Source: a virus (lineage: Duplodnaviria > Heunggongvirae > Uroviricota > Caudoviricetes). From it: 57,226 nucleotides of DNA. The notes beneath the pieces were generated by a model. The model searched no databases. It saw only the letters and a program-made list of their open reading frames with translations, and was not told the origin of the DNA. A program made the translations under genes and the position numbers. Below, piece by piece: positions 1 to 12,000 of this stretch. Within the stretch, counting starts at the first letter, position 1, and each line of letters begins with the position of its first letter. The stretch lies in the IMG/VR virus record IMGVR_UViG_3300025896_000022. One strand, given 5' to 3'.

Positions 1-2
1 CA

Positions 3-1259
3 CATAATGAAATATTTGCGGATGCTTTTGATCCAAAAGAAGGTGCAATAAATTTAGTTGTTGGTAGTCAAAATACTGGACAATATTATTCAGTAATGGA
101 TAAAGTAAAAAGAATTGCAGAAAACGATGGAACAAAAGGTATTGAAAAATTAACTGGTTTAGAATTAAAATTATTAGGTAAACTTGGAGGATTAAGTAAA
201 GTACAAGTTTATGAACCTACTACACCAGAATTAGCACGTGCAATGATCAATTCACTTGCTGTTGGAATACATGAAAAAGCAAAAAAATTAATACCTGTTC
301 TTGCTGCACAAGGAAGTATTGGTGATTATAAACAACATGTTTATGTTATGAATAATGCAATTTCAAAATTTGATCAAGCATTATCTCAACAAAATCAAAT
401 TAACTTAAATTATAAAAAAATTGCTGAAACAATTTTAGATTCAAAAGGTCATATAAGAGAATTTTATCAAGGTAAAGTTACAGCAATTGGTCATACATCT
501 GATGGTTATCCAATTTTTGATACATCAAAATTAAATTCTACTGAATTAGCTGGTATTACAAAAAACATAACAGCTGAATATCAAAAGAAAACAACTGGTA
601 CAACTGTGACTAGATTAAATACTGGTGTAGGTGCAGATGAATGGGGATTATTTTTTAGTAATGTTGCTGCTGCAAACACAAGTGATCCAGGATTATTTAC
701 ACAATTAAAATCTATGAATAATGAATCACGTTCAAAATTATTAGGTAATCAATATGAGGTTAGTAGTGATCCTGTTAGTAAAACAGTTCAAGTTACATTA
801 CGTTCAAATAATGAAGATCCTAAAAAATCAAATGCTCCATTAATTGTAAAAATACCATATAACACAATATATACAAATCCAGCATTAGGTACTTTGAAAA
901 AGTATGCAAGAGAATCTGAAATTAATGTAAATTCATTAGGTGATTTTAGTAAATTGCAAGAAAATCCTACTGCTACTATTACAGCAAATAGAATTACAAA
1001 AGGAACAGGATTTGATTTTTCTGCTACTGGTGTTTATGACAGATATGGTTCATACTCAATTTCTTATAATACAAGTTATTTTGATCCACAAAAAAATCAA
1101 ATGGTAAATTCTGGTGTAAACTTTATTCCTGCAAAAGGACCTGATGATGTTGATGCAATACTTGCATTAGATTTAAGTATTAGAAATGAACATGAAGGTT
1201 ATATGGTAGCATTAAAACATATGAATGATGCAAAGAAAAAGAATGTAATAAAAAAATAA
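3..1259 (+). CDS. 5'-truncated virion/late protein of unknown function
   Basis: The frame of ORF 96..1259 is open back to nt 3 (HNEIFADAFDPKEG...), so the real start lies upstream of the window. It sits immediately before the giant-protein cluster. Confidence 0.6.
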   Translation, partial: HNEIFADAFDPKEGAINLVVGSQNTGQYYSVMDKVKRIAENDGTKGIEKLTGLELKLLGKLGGLSKVQVYEPTTPELARAMINSLAVGIHEKAKKLIPVLAAQGSIGDYKQHVYVMNNAISKFDQALSQQNQINLNYKKIAETILDSKGHIREFYQGKVTAIGHTSDGYPIFDTSKLNSTELAGITKNITAEYQKKTTGTTVTRLNTGVGADEWGLFFSNVAAANTSDPGLFTQLKSMNNESRSKLLGNQYEVSSDPVSKTVQVTLRSNNEDPKKSNAPLIVKIPYNTIYTNPALGTLKKYARESEINVNSLGDFSKLQENPTATITANRITKGTGFDFSATGVYDRYGSYSISYNTSYFDPQKNQMVNSGVNFIPAKGPDDVDAILALDLSIRNEHEGYMVALKHMNDAKKKNVIKK

Positions 1260-1276
1260 TATAAAACCAAAACATA

Positions 1277-4200
1277 ATGGCTGAGAATACAGAATTAGAT
1301 ACAACTACATTAGAGTCTACTGATACAAATCAAACTCCTGATTTTCAATCATTAATGGCATCTAGTAAACCAGAACAAACTAATCAATTAAATATTCAAC
1401 CAACTCCACCTGAATCAAAAGATCCATTAGGTGATGCAATGCGATATACTAGATATGTTGCAAGAGAAGATTTAAAAAATAAAATAAATCCTCCACAATC
1501 AATTGGTGATGAGTTCACTTATGAAAAAGGTTTTGGTATTAAAACATTAGATGCTGATAGTATTGCTAATTTTACTCAACAAGAAAATTATAATCCTGAA
1601 GGTTTTAATCCTGAAGATTCAACAAATTATGAAAGATTTGCTGCAAATGAAACTTGGGGTACTGCTCTTGCAAAAGGATTTGATTCTATGAGTAGTAAAT
1701 TTGGTTCTGCTTTTAAAGAAAACTTTGTAGGATATGGTAGAATAGGTTCTGCTATCATGAATATGGATTTTGCACAACTTATGCCATCTGAAGATGAAAT
1801 GATGGTGCAATATTACAAAGATCAAAAAGATGCGCAAAAAAACTTTGTATTTGAAAAACCTGAAAATGAAGATAGTTTATTTTCAAAAAGAACTGTATCT
1901 GAATTTATAGGCAGTAGTGGTTTTATGTTAGGAACATTTGGAGCAATGTCATTAGAAATTGCAGCAGATGTTTTAATTACTGGTTTAACCATTCCTGAAG
2001 GTGGAGAAGGAGCATTATCATTTATTCCTACTGCATCCAAAATAGGTGCAGGATTTTCTAGAATGATGGGTAAAGAAGCAGTTGAAGTTGGTGCAAAAGA
2101 TGCAGCAGTTAATATTGCAAAAAATACAAATTTTGCATCAGAAGCTGCGCAAGGTTTTAATTTAGGTAACAAGTCAATTGAAGAAATTAGATTGTTAAAT
2201 AAAATTGGTGAAGCATCAACTATTGCAAATGCATCTGGTTCTGTTGCACGTCAAGCAATGAATGAAACATTTAATGTATTTAGTGGTAATATTTCTGGTA
2301 TATTAAAATCAAAATCAATTGCTGAAATGTCTGGCAATATTGCGAGAGGATTACCATTAATTGGTACTGGTATTAGATATGGTGAAAAAGTTGCAGCAGG
2401 TGTAGAAGCAGGATTATCTACTGGTAAACTTGTTGGTATGGGTGCACAAGGTCTTAGACGTGTTGCACAAGAATTAAATATGTCTGCAACAGAAGCATCT
2501 TTTGAAGCAGTATCTTCATATGGTGATACATTAAATAAACTTGTTGAAGATCACAAGAATAATAATGATGGTCAAAATCCTGACCAAGCACAATTTGAAA
2601 ACATGAAACGTACAGCAATGCTTTCTAGTTCTTCAAATTATAAAACTAATATGGCAATTTTATTGGCAACTAATAAGTTAGAATTTGGTAACATGTTTAC
2701 TAAATTCATGCCAGCTAATAGAACAATGCGTGAACTTATTGAAGCAACAAAAGATAATTTATTACTTGTTGAATCAAAAGGTTTAAAGAAATTTTATAAA
2801 AAAGGATTTGCTGGTGCATACGGTGCTATTGGACAAGTAGCAAAAGACTTTGGTAAAAAAGAAGCAACTAAACAAGTAGGTAAAGCATTTTTTAAAGACA
2901 TAACACAATTTGAATTAGTAGAAGGATTGCAAGAAAACTTGCAAGATATTTCTTCTAATGGATGGAAAGATTACTATGTTGGACAATATCAAAAATCACA
3001 TTCAACATTATCAGATTCATTTGGTAAATCATTTGAAGATGAGTTTGGCAAACAAGGATTAAAAACTTTTTTAATGGGTGCACTTACTGGTACTATTGTT
3101 AGATTACCAGTTCATGCAACTACAAAAGCACTTGAACATTTTTCTGATAGTTTTACTGCAAGACAATATTCTAAAACTCCAGGTGAAAATCCTATTGAAA
3201 ATGTCAAAAAACAATTTGATAAAGATATTGAAACATTAAACACCTTTTTTAAACAAGCAGAAGAAAGAAATTTTAAACATAAAATAATAAACTTTACTAA
3301 TCAAGTACAAGAAGGTCAAAATCAAACTGAAGCAGCTGCAAAAGGTTTAGTATATGAATTTGAAAATAGTAGAGATAATGCATTAGCATCTGCAATATCA
3401 GCAGCAAAAAGAACTGACTCAATTGATGTATTACAAAGAGCAGTAAAAGAAATGGGTACTGATATGACAAATGAAGATTTTGAAAAATCATTTGGAGTAA
3501 AACTTGAAGAAACTAAATATGCAACAGCACAGGATTTTTCAAATAAGTTATCAAGAGATATTAAAAAGTACTCAGATATTTCTGATGGATTAAGAACAAA
3601 AGTTAAAAATTTCTCAGAGCCTACATTATATACTCCTGGAACTAAAGAATATTATACTGCAGTAATTGCAAGATCTGCACAAGAAGATGCTATACATACA
3701 ATAGCAATGAATGCAATTAAAGGTGATATGACTGCAGAACGTGCACATAAAGTGTCACAAGAATTATTAAGTAATAAACATATAGCAAATAGTTCTGATT
3801 ATGTTGTACGTATTTTAACTGATCCAAAAATTCTTAATGATGAATTAGGAAATATAATGGCAGATTTAAAAATTGCAGAAGTTAATATAAAAGAAAATAC
3901 TGATCCAAAACTTGCAAAAAAATTAAAAAAACAAGTTGAAGAAAAAGAAAAAGAATATGACGCATTAGTAGAATGGCAAACTTACTTTAGTAATAGAGAT
4001 GATATGTCTATTGCATTAAATGCAGAAGGTGAAATTGAAACTAAATCAAATATTGTATTAGATACTTTTGTTGGTAAAAGAATAGATAAAAAGCAAATTA
4101 TAACCAATGAAAATGGTGAAGAAATTGACCAAGTTGATACAACATTTGATACACATGCAAAAGAAGTTATTAAAACATTTAGAACTTTATTAAACATAAA

Positions 4201-6040
4201 AAATACACAAGCAGGTATTGACATGCAAATTTCACATGTTGAAATGAAAGATGTTCATCAAAAACTTGTTGATTATATGAAACTTGATAAAGATACAAAA
4301 GATTATATGGGTGCTGTTGATGTACTTATGAACCCTGATAATTTTAAACATGCTGTTAGTAAAATGTCTGATGGTAAAATGAAATATCAAGTTATTTCAT
4401 GGTTATCAATTTTTGAAGATAAAATTACAGAATCTATTTTTGGTGAAGAAGGATTAATTAACGCACTTAAATCTACTGATGTAAATTTAAATCCTTTAGA
4501 AATTTTTCTTTTACATGAAGAAATGGGTAAAGCAGTTTATCAAAATGAAAATTATAAAAATTTAATTACTGTATCTTTAGATCCAAATCTTGGAATTAAT
4601 AATGCAGAATATACACGAAAGTTAATTGATAATTTACAAAAAGATATTACTGCAAAATTTACTGAATTAACTAAAAGATATGCTCCATCAGAATATGAAA
4701 ATGATATTACTAATGAGGAATATGATGCAATAGTTGCTACTGGTAAAATAGAAACTATTAGAGAACAATTACTTATAGATAAAATTGCAAGAGGAGAAGC
4801 AGAACTTGGACCAAATGAATTAAAAATTATTAATTCAGAAAAGTTTAAAGAAGAAATAGAAAACAAAGTTGCAATAGCAAAACAAAACTTACCTAATGCA
4901 CAAGAAAATGTACCAAACACATTTGTTGATCAAGATGGTAAATGGGGAGTTCTTGCACCTGGAGGTGAAGTTATTAATGAAGGATATAACACTGAAGAAG
5001 AAGCTGTTGCTGCTGCACAAGCAGAAACAAATACTTCTGTTGCACCTATACATGTAGTAACTGAAACAACACCTGGTCAAGAATATGCAGGATTATCTGA
5101 AAAGGAATTAAAACACAAACTAGATGCTAATATAGAAGACTATTCTTTTGCTGTTGAAACTGATGGTACTCAAGAAGAATTAAATCAATTACTTGCTGAA
5201 AGAGCATTAATACTTGCTGAAATAAATAAATTTTCAAATACAACACCTACAACAAATACACCAGAAGCAGCACCAATAGTTTCTACACCAGAAGAAGTAA
5301 CACCAGAAACAATAAAACCTGAAGTAATAACACCAGTTACACCTGCTGTTTCATCATCAGTAACTGATGAAGAATTTACAGGTCAAGATGATACAGACCA
5401 AATTACTGCATATTTAAATAGTATAGGTCAATTTGTTGTTGAACCAAATAATGTAGAAGGATTTGATGTAAAAGATAGTTCTGATAATATTGTAGAAACT
5501 GTACCAACAGAAGAAAAAGCAAATGAAATTGCTACTAGTGCAACATTAACAAGAGAAAATATTGATTTTATTAACAAGTATGTTGATGAAGGTATAAAAA
5601 TGTTTGGTGGTGAACCATCAACTTTAATGTATCAAAACATGCAATCACGTGGTAATCGTGCAATGAAATTATATAATACTAAAAAAGGTACTGAATTTAA
5701 AACACTTAAAGAATTTTATAGTACTATTGATGGTAAAAATAGTCTTGATGGAATACGTGAATCAGTTATAACTGGTAAAGGAATTAAATACAAAAATAAA
5801 AAAGTATCTATAGAAAAACCTGTTACTGAAACACAATCTGATCTGTTTGATGTAGTTAATGTACCTAATGTATTATCTGTTAAACTTGCTGCAATTGAGT
5901 TACTAAATTCTGAACTAAATGATTTTAAAACAAAAACAGAAGAAAGTTCAAAAGAAATTAGTAAATTTGTAAAGGAAGGTATTGTAACAGAATCTTCTAT
6001 TATCGAACAATTAAAAGATGCAGTTGCTTGTTTCAAGTAA
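1277..6040 (+). CDS. Giant putative virion-ejected (cargo) protein, 1587 aa
   Basis: Long ORF directly before the virion RNAP gene, as in crAss-like phages. It has Gly/Ala-rich hydrophobic stretches (FIGSSGFMLGTFGAMSLEIAADVLITGL; FLMGALTGTIVRLPV), a Pro/Thr/Glu linker near the C-terminus, and a single Cys at residue -3. Confidence 0.7.
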   Translation: MAENTELDTTTLESTDTNQTPDFQSLMASSKPEQTNQLNIQPTPPESKDPLGDAMRYTRYVAREDLKNKINPPQSIGDEFTYEKGFGIKTLDADSIANFTQQENYNPEGFNPEDSTNYERFAANETWGTALAKGFDSMSSKFGSAFKENFVGYGRIGSAIMNMDFAQLMPSEDEMMVQYYKDQKDAQKNFVFEKPENEDSLFSKRTVSEFIGSSGFMLGTFGAMSLEIAADVLITGLTIPEGGEGALSFIPTASKIGAGFSRMMGKEAVEVGAKDAAVNIAKNTNFASEAAQGFNLGNKSIEEIRLLNKIGEASTIANASGSVARQAMNETFNVFSGNISGILKSKSIAEMSGNIARGLPLIGTGIRYGEKVAAGVEAGLSTGKLVGMGAQGLRRVAQELNMSATEASFEAVSSYGDTLNKLVEDHKNNNDGQNPDQAQFENMKRTAMLSSSSNYKTNMAILLATNKLEFGNMFTKFMPANRTMRELIEATKDNLLLVESKGLKKFYKKGFAGAYGAIGQVAKDFGKKEATKQVGKAFFKDITQFELVEGLQENLQDISSNGWKDYYVGQYQKSHSTLSDSFGKSFEDEFGKQGLKTFLMGALTGTIVRLPVHATTKALEHFSDSFTARQYSKTPGENPIENVKKQFDKDIETLNTFFKQAEERNFKHKIINFTNQVQEGQNQTEAAAKGLVYEFENSRDNALASAISAAKRTDSIDVLQRAVKEMGTDMTNEDFEKSFGVKLEETKYATAQDFSNKLSRDIKKYSDISDGLRTKVKNFSEPTLYTPGTKEYYTAVIARSAQEDAIHTIAMNAIKGDMTAERAHKVSQELLSNKHIANSSDYVVRILTDPKILNDELGNIMADLKIAEVNIKENTDPKLAKKLKKQVEEKEKEYDALVEWQTYFSNRDDMSIALNAEGEIETKSNIVLDTFVGKRIDKKQIITNENGEEIDQVDTTFDTHAKEVIKTFRTLLNIKNTQAGIDMQISHVEMKDVHQKLVDYMKLDKDTKDYMGAVDVLMNPDNFKHAVSKMSDGKMKYQVISWLSIFEDKITESIFGEEGLINALKSTDVNLNPLEIFLLHEEMGKAVYQNENYKNLITVSLDPNLGINNAEYTRKLIDNLQKDITAKFTELTKRYAPSEYENDITNEEYDAIVATGKIETIREQLLIDKIARGEAELGPNELKIINSEKFKEEIENKVAIAKQNLPNAQENVPNTFVDQDGKWGVLAPGGEVINEGYNTEEEAVAAAQAETNTSVAPIHVVTETTPGQEYAGLSEKELKHKLDANIEDYSFAVETDGTQEELNQLLAERALILAEINKFSNTTPTTNTPEAAPIVSTPEEVTPETIKPEVITPVTPAVSSSVTDEEFTGQDDTDQITAYLNSIGQFVVEPNNVEGFDVKDSSDNIVETVPTEEKANEIATSATLTRENIDFINKYVDEGIKMFGGEPSTLMYQNMQSRGNRAMKLYNTKKGTEFKTLKEFYSTIDGKNSLDGIRESVITGKGIKYKNKKVSIEKPVTETQSDLFDVVNVPNVLSVKLAAIELLNSELNDFKTKTEESSKEISKFVKEGIVTESSIIEQLKDAVACFK

Positions 6041-6057
6041 TTTAAAAAATCATTCTT

Positions 6058-9000
6058 ATGGCAAAATGTGAATTATCAACTGAGAAGTACATTTCAGTTG
6101 TAAAAAATCTAATTAAATTAAATCCAAGTGAATATAAAAACTTTGACAAAACTGCAGAGTTTATTTTAAAAAGTGGTCTTTCTAATTATGAAAAATCACT
6201 TTCTTTATTTTCTATTGCTGAAATTTATATAGGTCTTCATGGTTTAGATAAAAGTTTTTATACAATAGGAAAGGCAAATAAAATTGTTGATGCTCAGATA
6301 TTATTAGAAGATACTGATGAATTTGTTTCAATTGTATCTGACTTATATAAAGTTAAAAAAACTCCAAAAGTAAAAATTGAATCTATTGAAAAAATGATTA
6401 ATGATTTGTCTTCAAAGACAGTTGTTACTCCTAATGATTTAACTGGTACAAATGGTGTATTAACAGCAATTAAAAATTATTTTAATACAATTGCATTTGA
6501 TGATGAGACAATAAGACAAGGTCATATAGACAATGTATCTGCACAATTAAAATCTATATTACGTGAATTAAATACATCAGATGCTTATAAAGATTTATTA
6601 TTAAAATCTGTTGATGCAACTATATCATCATTAACTAAAATTTCTCCATTTATTTCTTTACGTGATATTGCTGATCTTGCTGAACTAAATAATCAACTTG
6701 TTACTCTTGTCAATGGTCAAATGATTGAAGCAGTACCAAGACCTGATGGTTTATATATTATTGATGAACTAGGTAATGAACAAAGACTTGCAGAAGAAAA
6801 TTTTATTGCAAGTAAAGATGCGCGTAATGATGATTATTCTAATAGTAATAATGGCAAACAAGAATTTTTTGAAGATACAATATTATCTAACTTTAAAATT
6901 AAACCTCTTGAAAATGAAGTATTTAAAAGAGAAGCAATAATTGCAAAACTTAAAAAAATGGGTGATGCTGTTACTGCTGGTATTAAAGTACATGCAGTAA
7001 AGATTAGCACTGTTGGTGATGAAAGATTACAAAGAATACATGATATTGCAAATGATCCAAAATATAAAGGTTTAGCAAATAGAACTTATGAAACTTTTGA
7101 AAATGAAACTCAAGTTAACTATTTAAAATCTACTCCTAATGGAACTGTTATAACAGTTGCTAGACCAAAACAATCTGAAAGTAAATTTGTACTTGTGGGT
7201 GAAATTATTGGATCTGGTGAAAAGTTTTATTTGTATCCATTAGATAACTATGTTTTTTTAAATAGTAACAATACAACACAGCAAATAGATTTTACAAATC
7301 CAGTTCATTTAGAAATGGTAAAAGAACATTCTATTAAAAGAACTAGTGAAGGTGTTACTGAGTTAACACGAAATGATTTAGAAACATTAAAGAATACTTA
7401 TAATTTACATAATATATTTAAAGAAAATTTAAATACTTTTTTATCTGATAAATTTAATGATGAAACATCATCAGTTGATGTATCAGAACAATTCTTTTCA
7501 CAATATAGTATTAATTCTCAAAGAGTTGGTGACACTATAATTCAAAATTTAGCAGATCTAATTGATACTGATAAATCTTTATCAAGAAAGTTAACTATTG
7601 TTACTGTTGATACATTTGGAAAAACTATAAAAGAAGAAGAAAGAAATCTTGTTTTTATGTTTACTAAATTTAATGATTATAAAGATGCATCTGGAAATTA
7701 TAAACCAAAAGATGAACAAAATAAATTTCAATTAGTAAATTTATTAGATGGTAATGAAAGAATTAAAATAATAAATGCTGAAGGAGAAGAAATTGATACT
7801 GTAACACAACAAGAATATTTAGATAATCATTTTGATTCATCTATAAAAATGAATGATAATTATATAAAAGAAAAAGTATTTGGTGGTAAATTTTATGAAA
7901 ATCAAAATCATATAATTATTAGATTTAATAATAATAAAACATATGGTTATAAAATTGTCAAACCAGTTTATTTCTTAGAACAAACACAAGGTTTTGCTAC
8001 ATTTTTAAATACATTAACTAATGTATTAACTGCACCAGATAAATCAAGTCAATTAAGAACTTTTAATAAACAGCAATTTAAATTTGCAAACTTTTCTTCT
8101 ATTTCAGGAAAAGTTGAACTTTTTACAAATTTTACAGTAGATCAAAAAGGTAATTTACAAATAGAAATCAGACCTTCAAATATTAAAGAAGGTAGTAAAT
8201 ATGGATTTATATCAAAATTACCTGGTGCTAAATCTGCATTTAATTTTTCACTTGCTGAAAATGAAAAAGATTTAATTAAAGACAATGCAAAGACTAAAGA
8301 TTTAATATCTAAAGTTGTTGCAGAAAATATTATATTTTCTAAATTAGATTTAAATAAATTAAAAGATGTAACTAAATTTTACTCATTACTTAATCAACTT
8401 TCAAAAGATAATAAACCTTCTGAGAATGTTGTCAATTTAATAGATGCAATAGAAACACAACAAAATAATTTTTCTAAATTACTTAATGAAAAAGTAATAG
8501 AAAAAATGCTTAAAGTTGGTGCATTATATCCAGGATTTATAGAAAATTTTAATAGAGATTACCCAAATCCAAAACACTTAATTCTTGATATAAAAGAAGA
8601 TGGTAAAGAAATACCACGTATTATTTTTGCTGATAAAAATGAATCTCAAGCAAAAAAAGATTATATAAAAAGTGCAAGTAGTTTAGAATTACACGATGTG
8701 CCACAAAAGAAATTAGTTATTACATCTAAATCTCCTGTTAATACGGTTACAAAAATTGCTAATGTACCTCTTGCTGAAACAACAGAACATCCAATAGAAA
8801 ATATTTCAGTATCTAAACCAACATTGTATGAACAAATGTTTGGTAAAGAAACTATTGCTGAAGAAGAAACAGATTTGTCAGATGATATTCCAGAAATAGA
8901 TTTATTTTCAATTAGTAATGGTGCTGTTCAAACTGAAACTCAAGCAGAAAGAGAAAATGCAGTTCAGTGGTTACAAAATAATTTACCTCAATTTGAAATT

Positions 9001-12000
9001 AGTCAAGAAGAATTATCTACTATAATAGACTTGTCTAAAATTGATGGTAATGTACTTGGTTTATTTAAAGATAGAGTAATTCATTTAAATAATGAAATAC
9101 TTTCTAAAGGTGTTGTGTATCATGAAGCATTTCATGGTGTATTTCGTTACCTAATGACTCCAGAACAACAATCTAAATTAATTGAACAGGTAACATCAAA
9201 TGTAAAAAATAATAAGTTATTTACTGAATCTGCATTAAAAGCATTTGCAAGTGAAAGAAACTATATTTATGATTATGAAAAAATGAAAGAACTACAAGCA
9301 GAAGAAATTCTTGCTGATGGTTTTCAAAATCATATGATTAAAAACACAAAACCAAAAGGTTTACTTGAACAACTATATTCATTATTAAAAAAATTAATTG
9401 ACATGTTTATTAAACATGGAAATGTTATTGATAGTACTTATAAAAATATTCAAAAAGGTGCATATTCAAAAGTTCAAATTCAATCAGAAATTTATGAGGG
9501 ACAAACAGCATATGCATTAATTCCTGGATTAAAATTAATTGAACCAAATAATAAAAATATATCTGGTGTAAGTCAAAGACAATCAACATTACAAAAAGAT
9601 GAACAAAATCAGTTAGTTTACATGGTATCTAAATATGTTATTGAAGATACATCAGGTAAAACTTTTGATGAAAAATTTGAAAATTCAAGACATCTTATTT
9701 TAAAGCAGGTTTATAATTTAGATCAAATAATTAATAATAAAGAAAATAAAAAATTTACAAGAGATGAAATTGTAAAAGAATTTGGTAATTTATATTCTAA
9801 TTATAGATTTATGCTTGGTGCAAGAACATTAGGTGAAACTATTTATGATGTAAATGTATCTGGTATTTCTAAATTTGATAAAAAAATATTACCAAATAAA
9901 ATCAAACAATATAAAGATAAATCTTTAGATAATGAGCTAGGTCAAGAATCATTAGAAGTACTTAAAAAACTTGTTAAAGAAAAAACAAGAGAATTGTATT
10001 CCATGTTAGATGGTGTGGGAAATACGATAAGTAAAGATACATTAGCAAAAGAATTATCTGGTGCAAATGAATTTAAATCACAAGTTAATGATGATGCTGA
10101 AAATGATGAAGAATTATCTGATGATGTAAATACTGAAGAAGAATTTGGTCAGCATAACAGATTAGATTCTGCACCAAGACAAGTAAGAAGATTTCTTGCT
10201 ATTGTTGATTATAATAAAAAGGATGCAAAAACTGGTATAACAGTGCCAAGAGTTATAAATGGCGAGTCTATATTTGGTACATTGCTTAAAATTACTTCTG
10301 ATGTAAAAGTTGATCAAATAATTAATCATATTAGAGTAACAGCAAATACTTATCGCGAAGATGGTAACTTTGAAGCTGCTGGTGATTTACAAGCAATTTA
10401 TGATAAAATTCATTCATATACAGATATGGATGAAAATGGTAATCCTGCAACTAATAAAGAATTATATAATATGTTTAAAGATGTACTTCATGGTACAGAA
10501 ACAAATTATATAATGAGTTATGTTACTTTGACAACAGGTACATTTGAAGAAGAAGGAAATAATATTTCTAGTTTTACATTATCTGATAGAGTAATGCAAG
10601 CAGATATAGTAAATAAAAGACGTAATTTAATATCTTCAATGATTACTACACATGCAAAAAAACATACTGATGAAGATTATTTAATTGCAGCAAAAAGATT
10701 AATTGATTTATCAACTAAAATTATTGATACTCCTGTTTTAATGGGTAGTAGTAAATTAGCAAATGATACATTAGAAACATTAACATTTGATTTATATAAT
10801 GCATTTAATGATGTAGGTATGACATTACCAAAATCATTAATTAAAATGTCATTATTAGCAATTGATAAAATAAATAATAATAATAATGCATTAACTAATG
10901 TAAATAAAAATACATTAGATCATTATGATACAAATAGATCATTAATTCTTGAAGGTGACTATTTACAAAAAGATTATTTTAGAGATATTAAAGCAATTTA
11001 TAAAACTGTAATTGATGAATCTATATCATCAAATAATTTTGGTAAAATGCTTGATGATAAAAATAAAACATTAAATAGATTTTTTAGTATAACTAATAAA
11101 TTTACAAAATATATTATCAAGTATGATGCAACTGATTTACCAAGTGTATTTAGAAATGCTGCTGGTAAACCAGTATACAGATATACTAAATATACTCCTT
11201 TGCATACAATTGCTCAGTCAATTAGACAAGAGGGTTTACTTGACACATTTAAAAAAGATCGATACTACAATGACTTTTTAGAATCATTTTATTCTGATAA
11301 TCCGTTATTTAGTGATTTATTAAAAGGTTCAAATACTAAACAAGCAAAAGTTGCAAAGTTATTAATGGATAACATGAGTGTATCTTTATTTGGTGGTATT
11401 GCACAGTTTAATAATCAAACATATAAAGATGGTAAAACTTTTGGTAAATTAGATGACCAATCACTTCATATTATGAGTATATTGTCTTTTTTACAAAGAA
11501 GTAATATATCATCAACTGAAACTATTATAGATGAAGATGGTAATGTAACTACACCAAAGACTACTATACAAACATACATGCGTTCTTTTGATACATTAGA
11601 AGCATCACAAACTAACTTTTTAATCACAGCATTATATCAACAATATGCTGATACTAAAGGTATTGTAAAAAATAGTAACAATCATTATAAAATTGTAGAT
11701 GATCTTGAGGCAAAAGTAAAACAAGAGTTTAATAGAATTAAAAAAGAATGGAATAGAAGAACTGAAAGCAAAACTAATTATGATAATGGTACTTCTAATA
11801 AACTTGTTCCAAACTACAATGCTATATTAGACAAAACAGATAAAACAAAAGCTATTGTAGAATCTAAAAATAATAAAGAATTTAGAGCATATAATTTTAA
11901 TGTGTTACCATACTTTTTTTCAGCACCTGAAAATGAATTATTTACAAATAGTTTAATTCAATTAGCAAAAGATAACACTGTAAACTTTGAAGACTTAGAT

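Noticed and set aside
5240-5350. Imperfect acacca-rich repeats in the 1587-aa gene
   Set aside because: They simply encode a Thr-Pro-Glu low-complexity linker.
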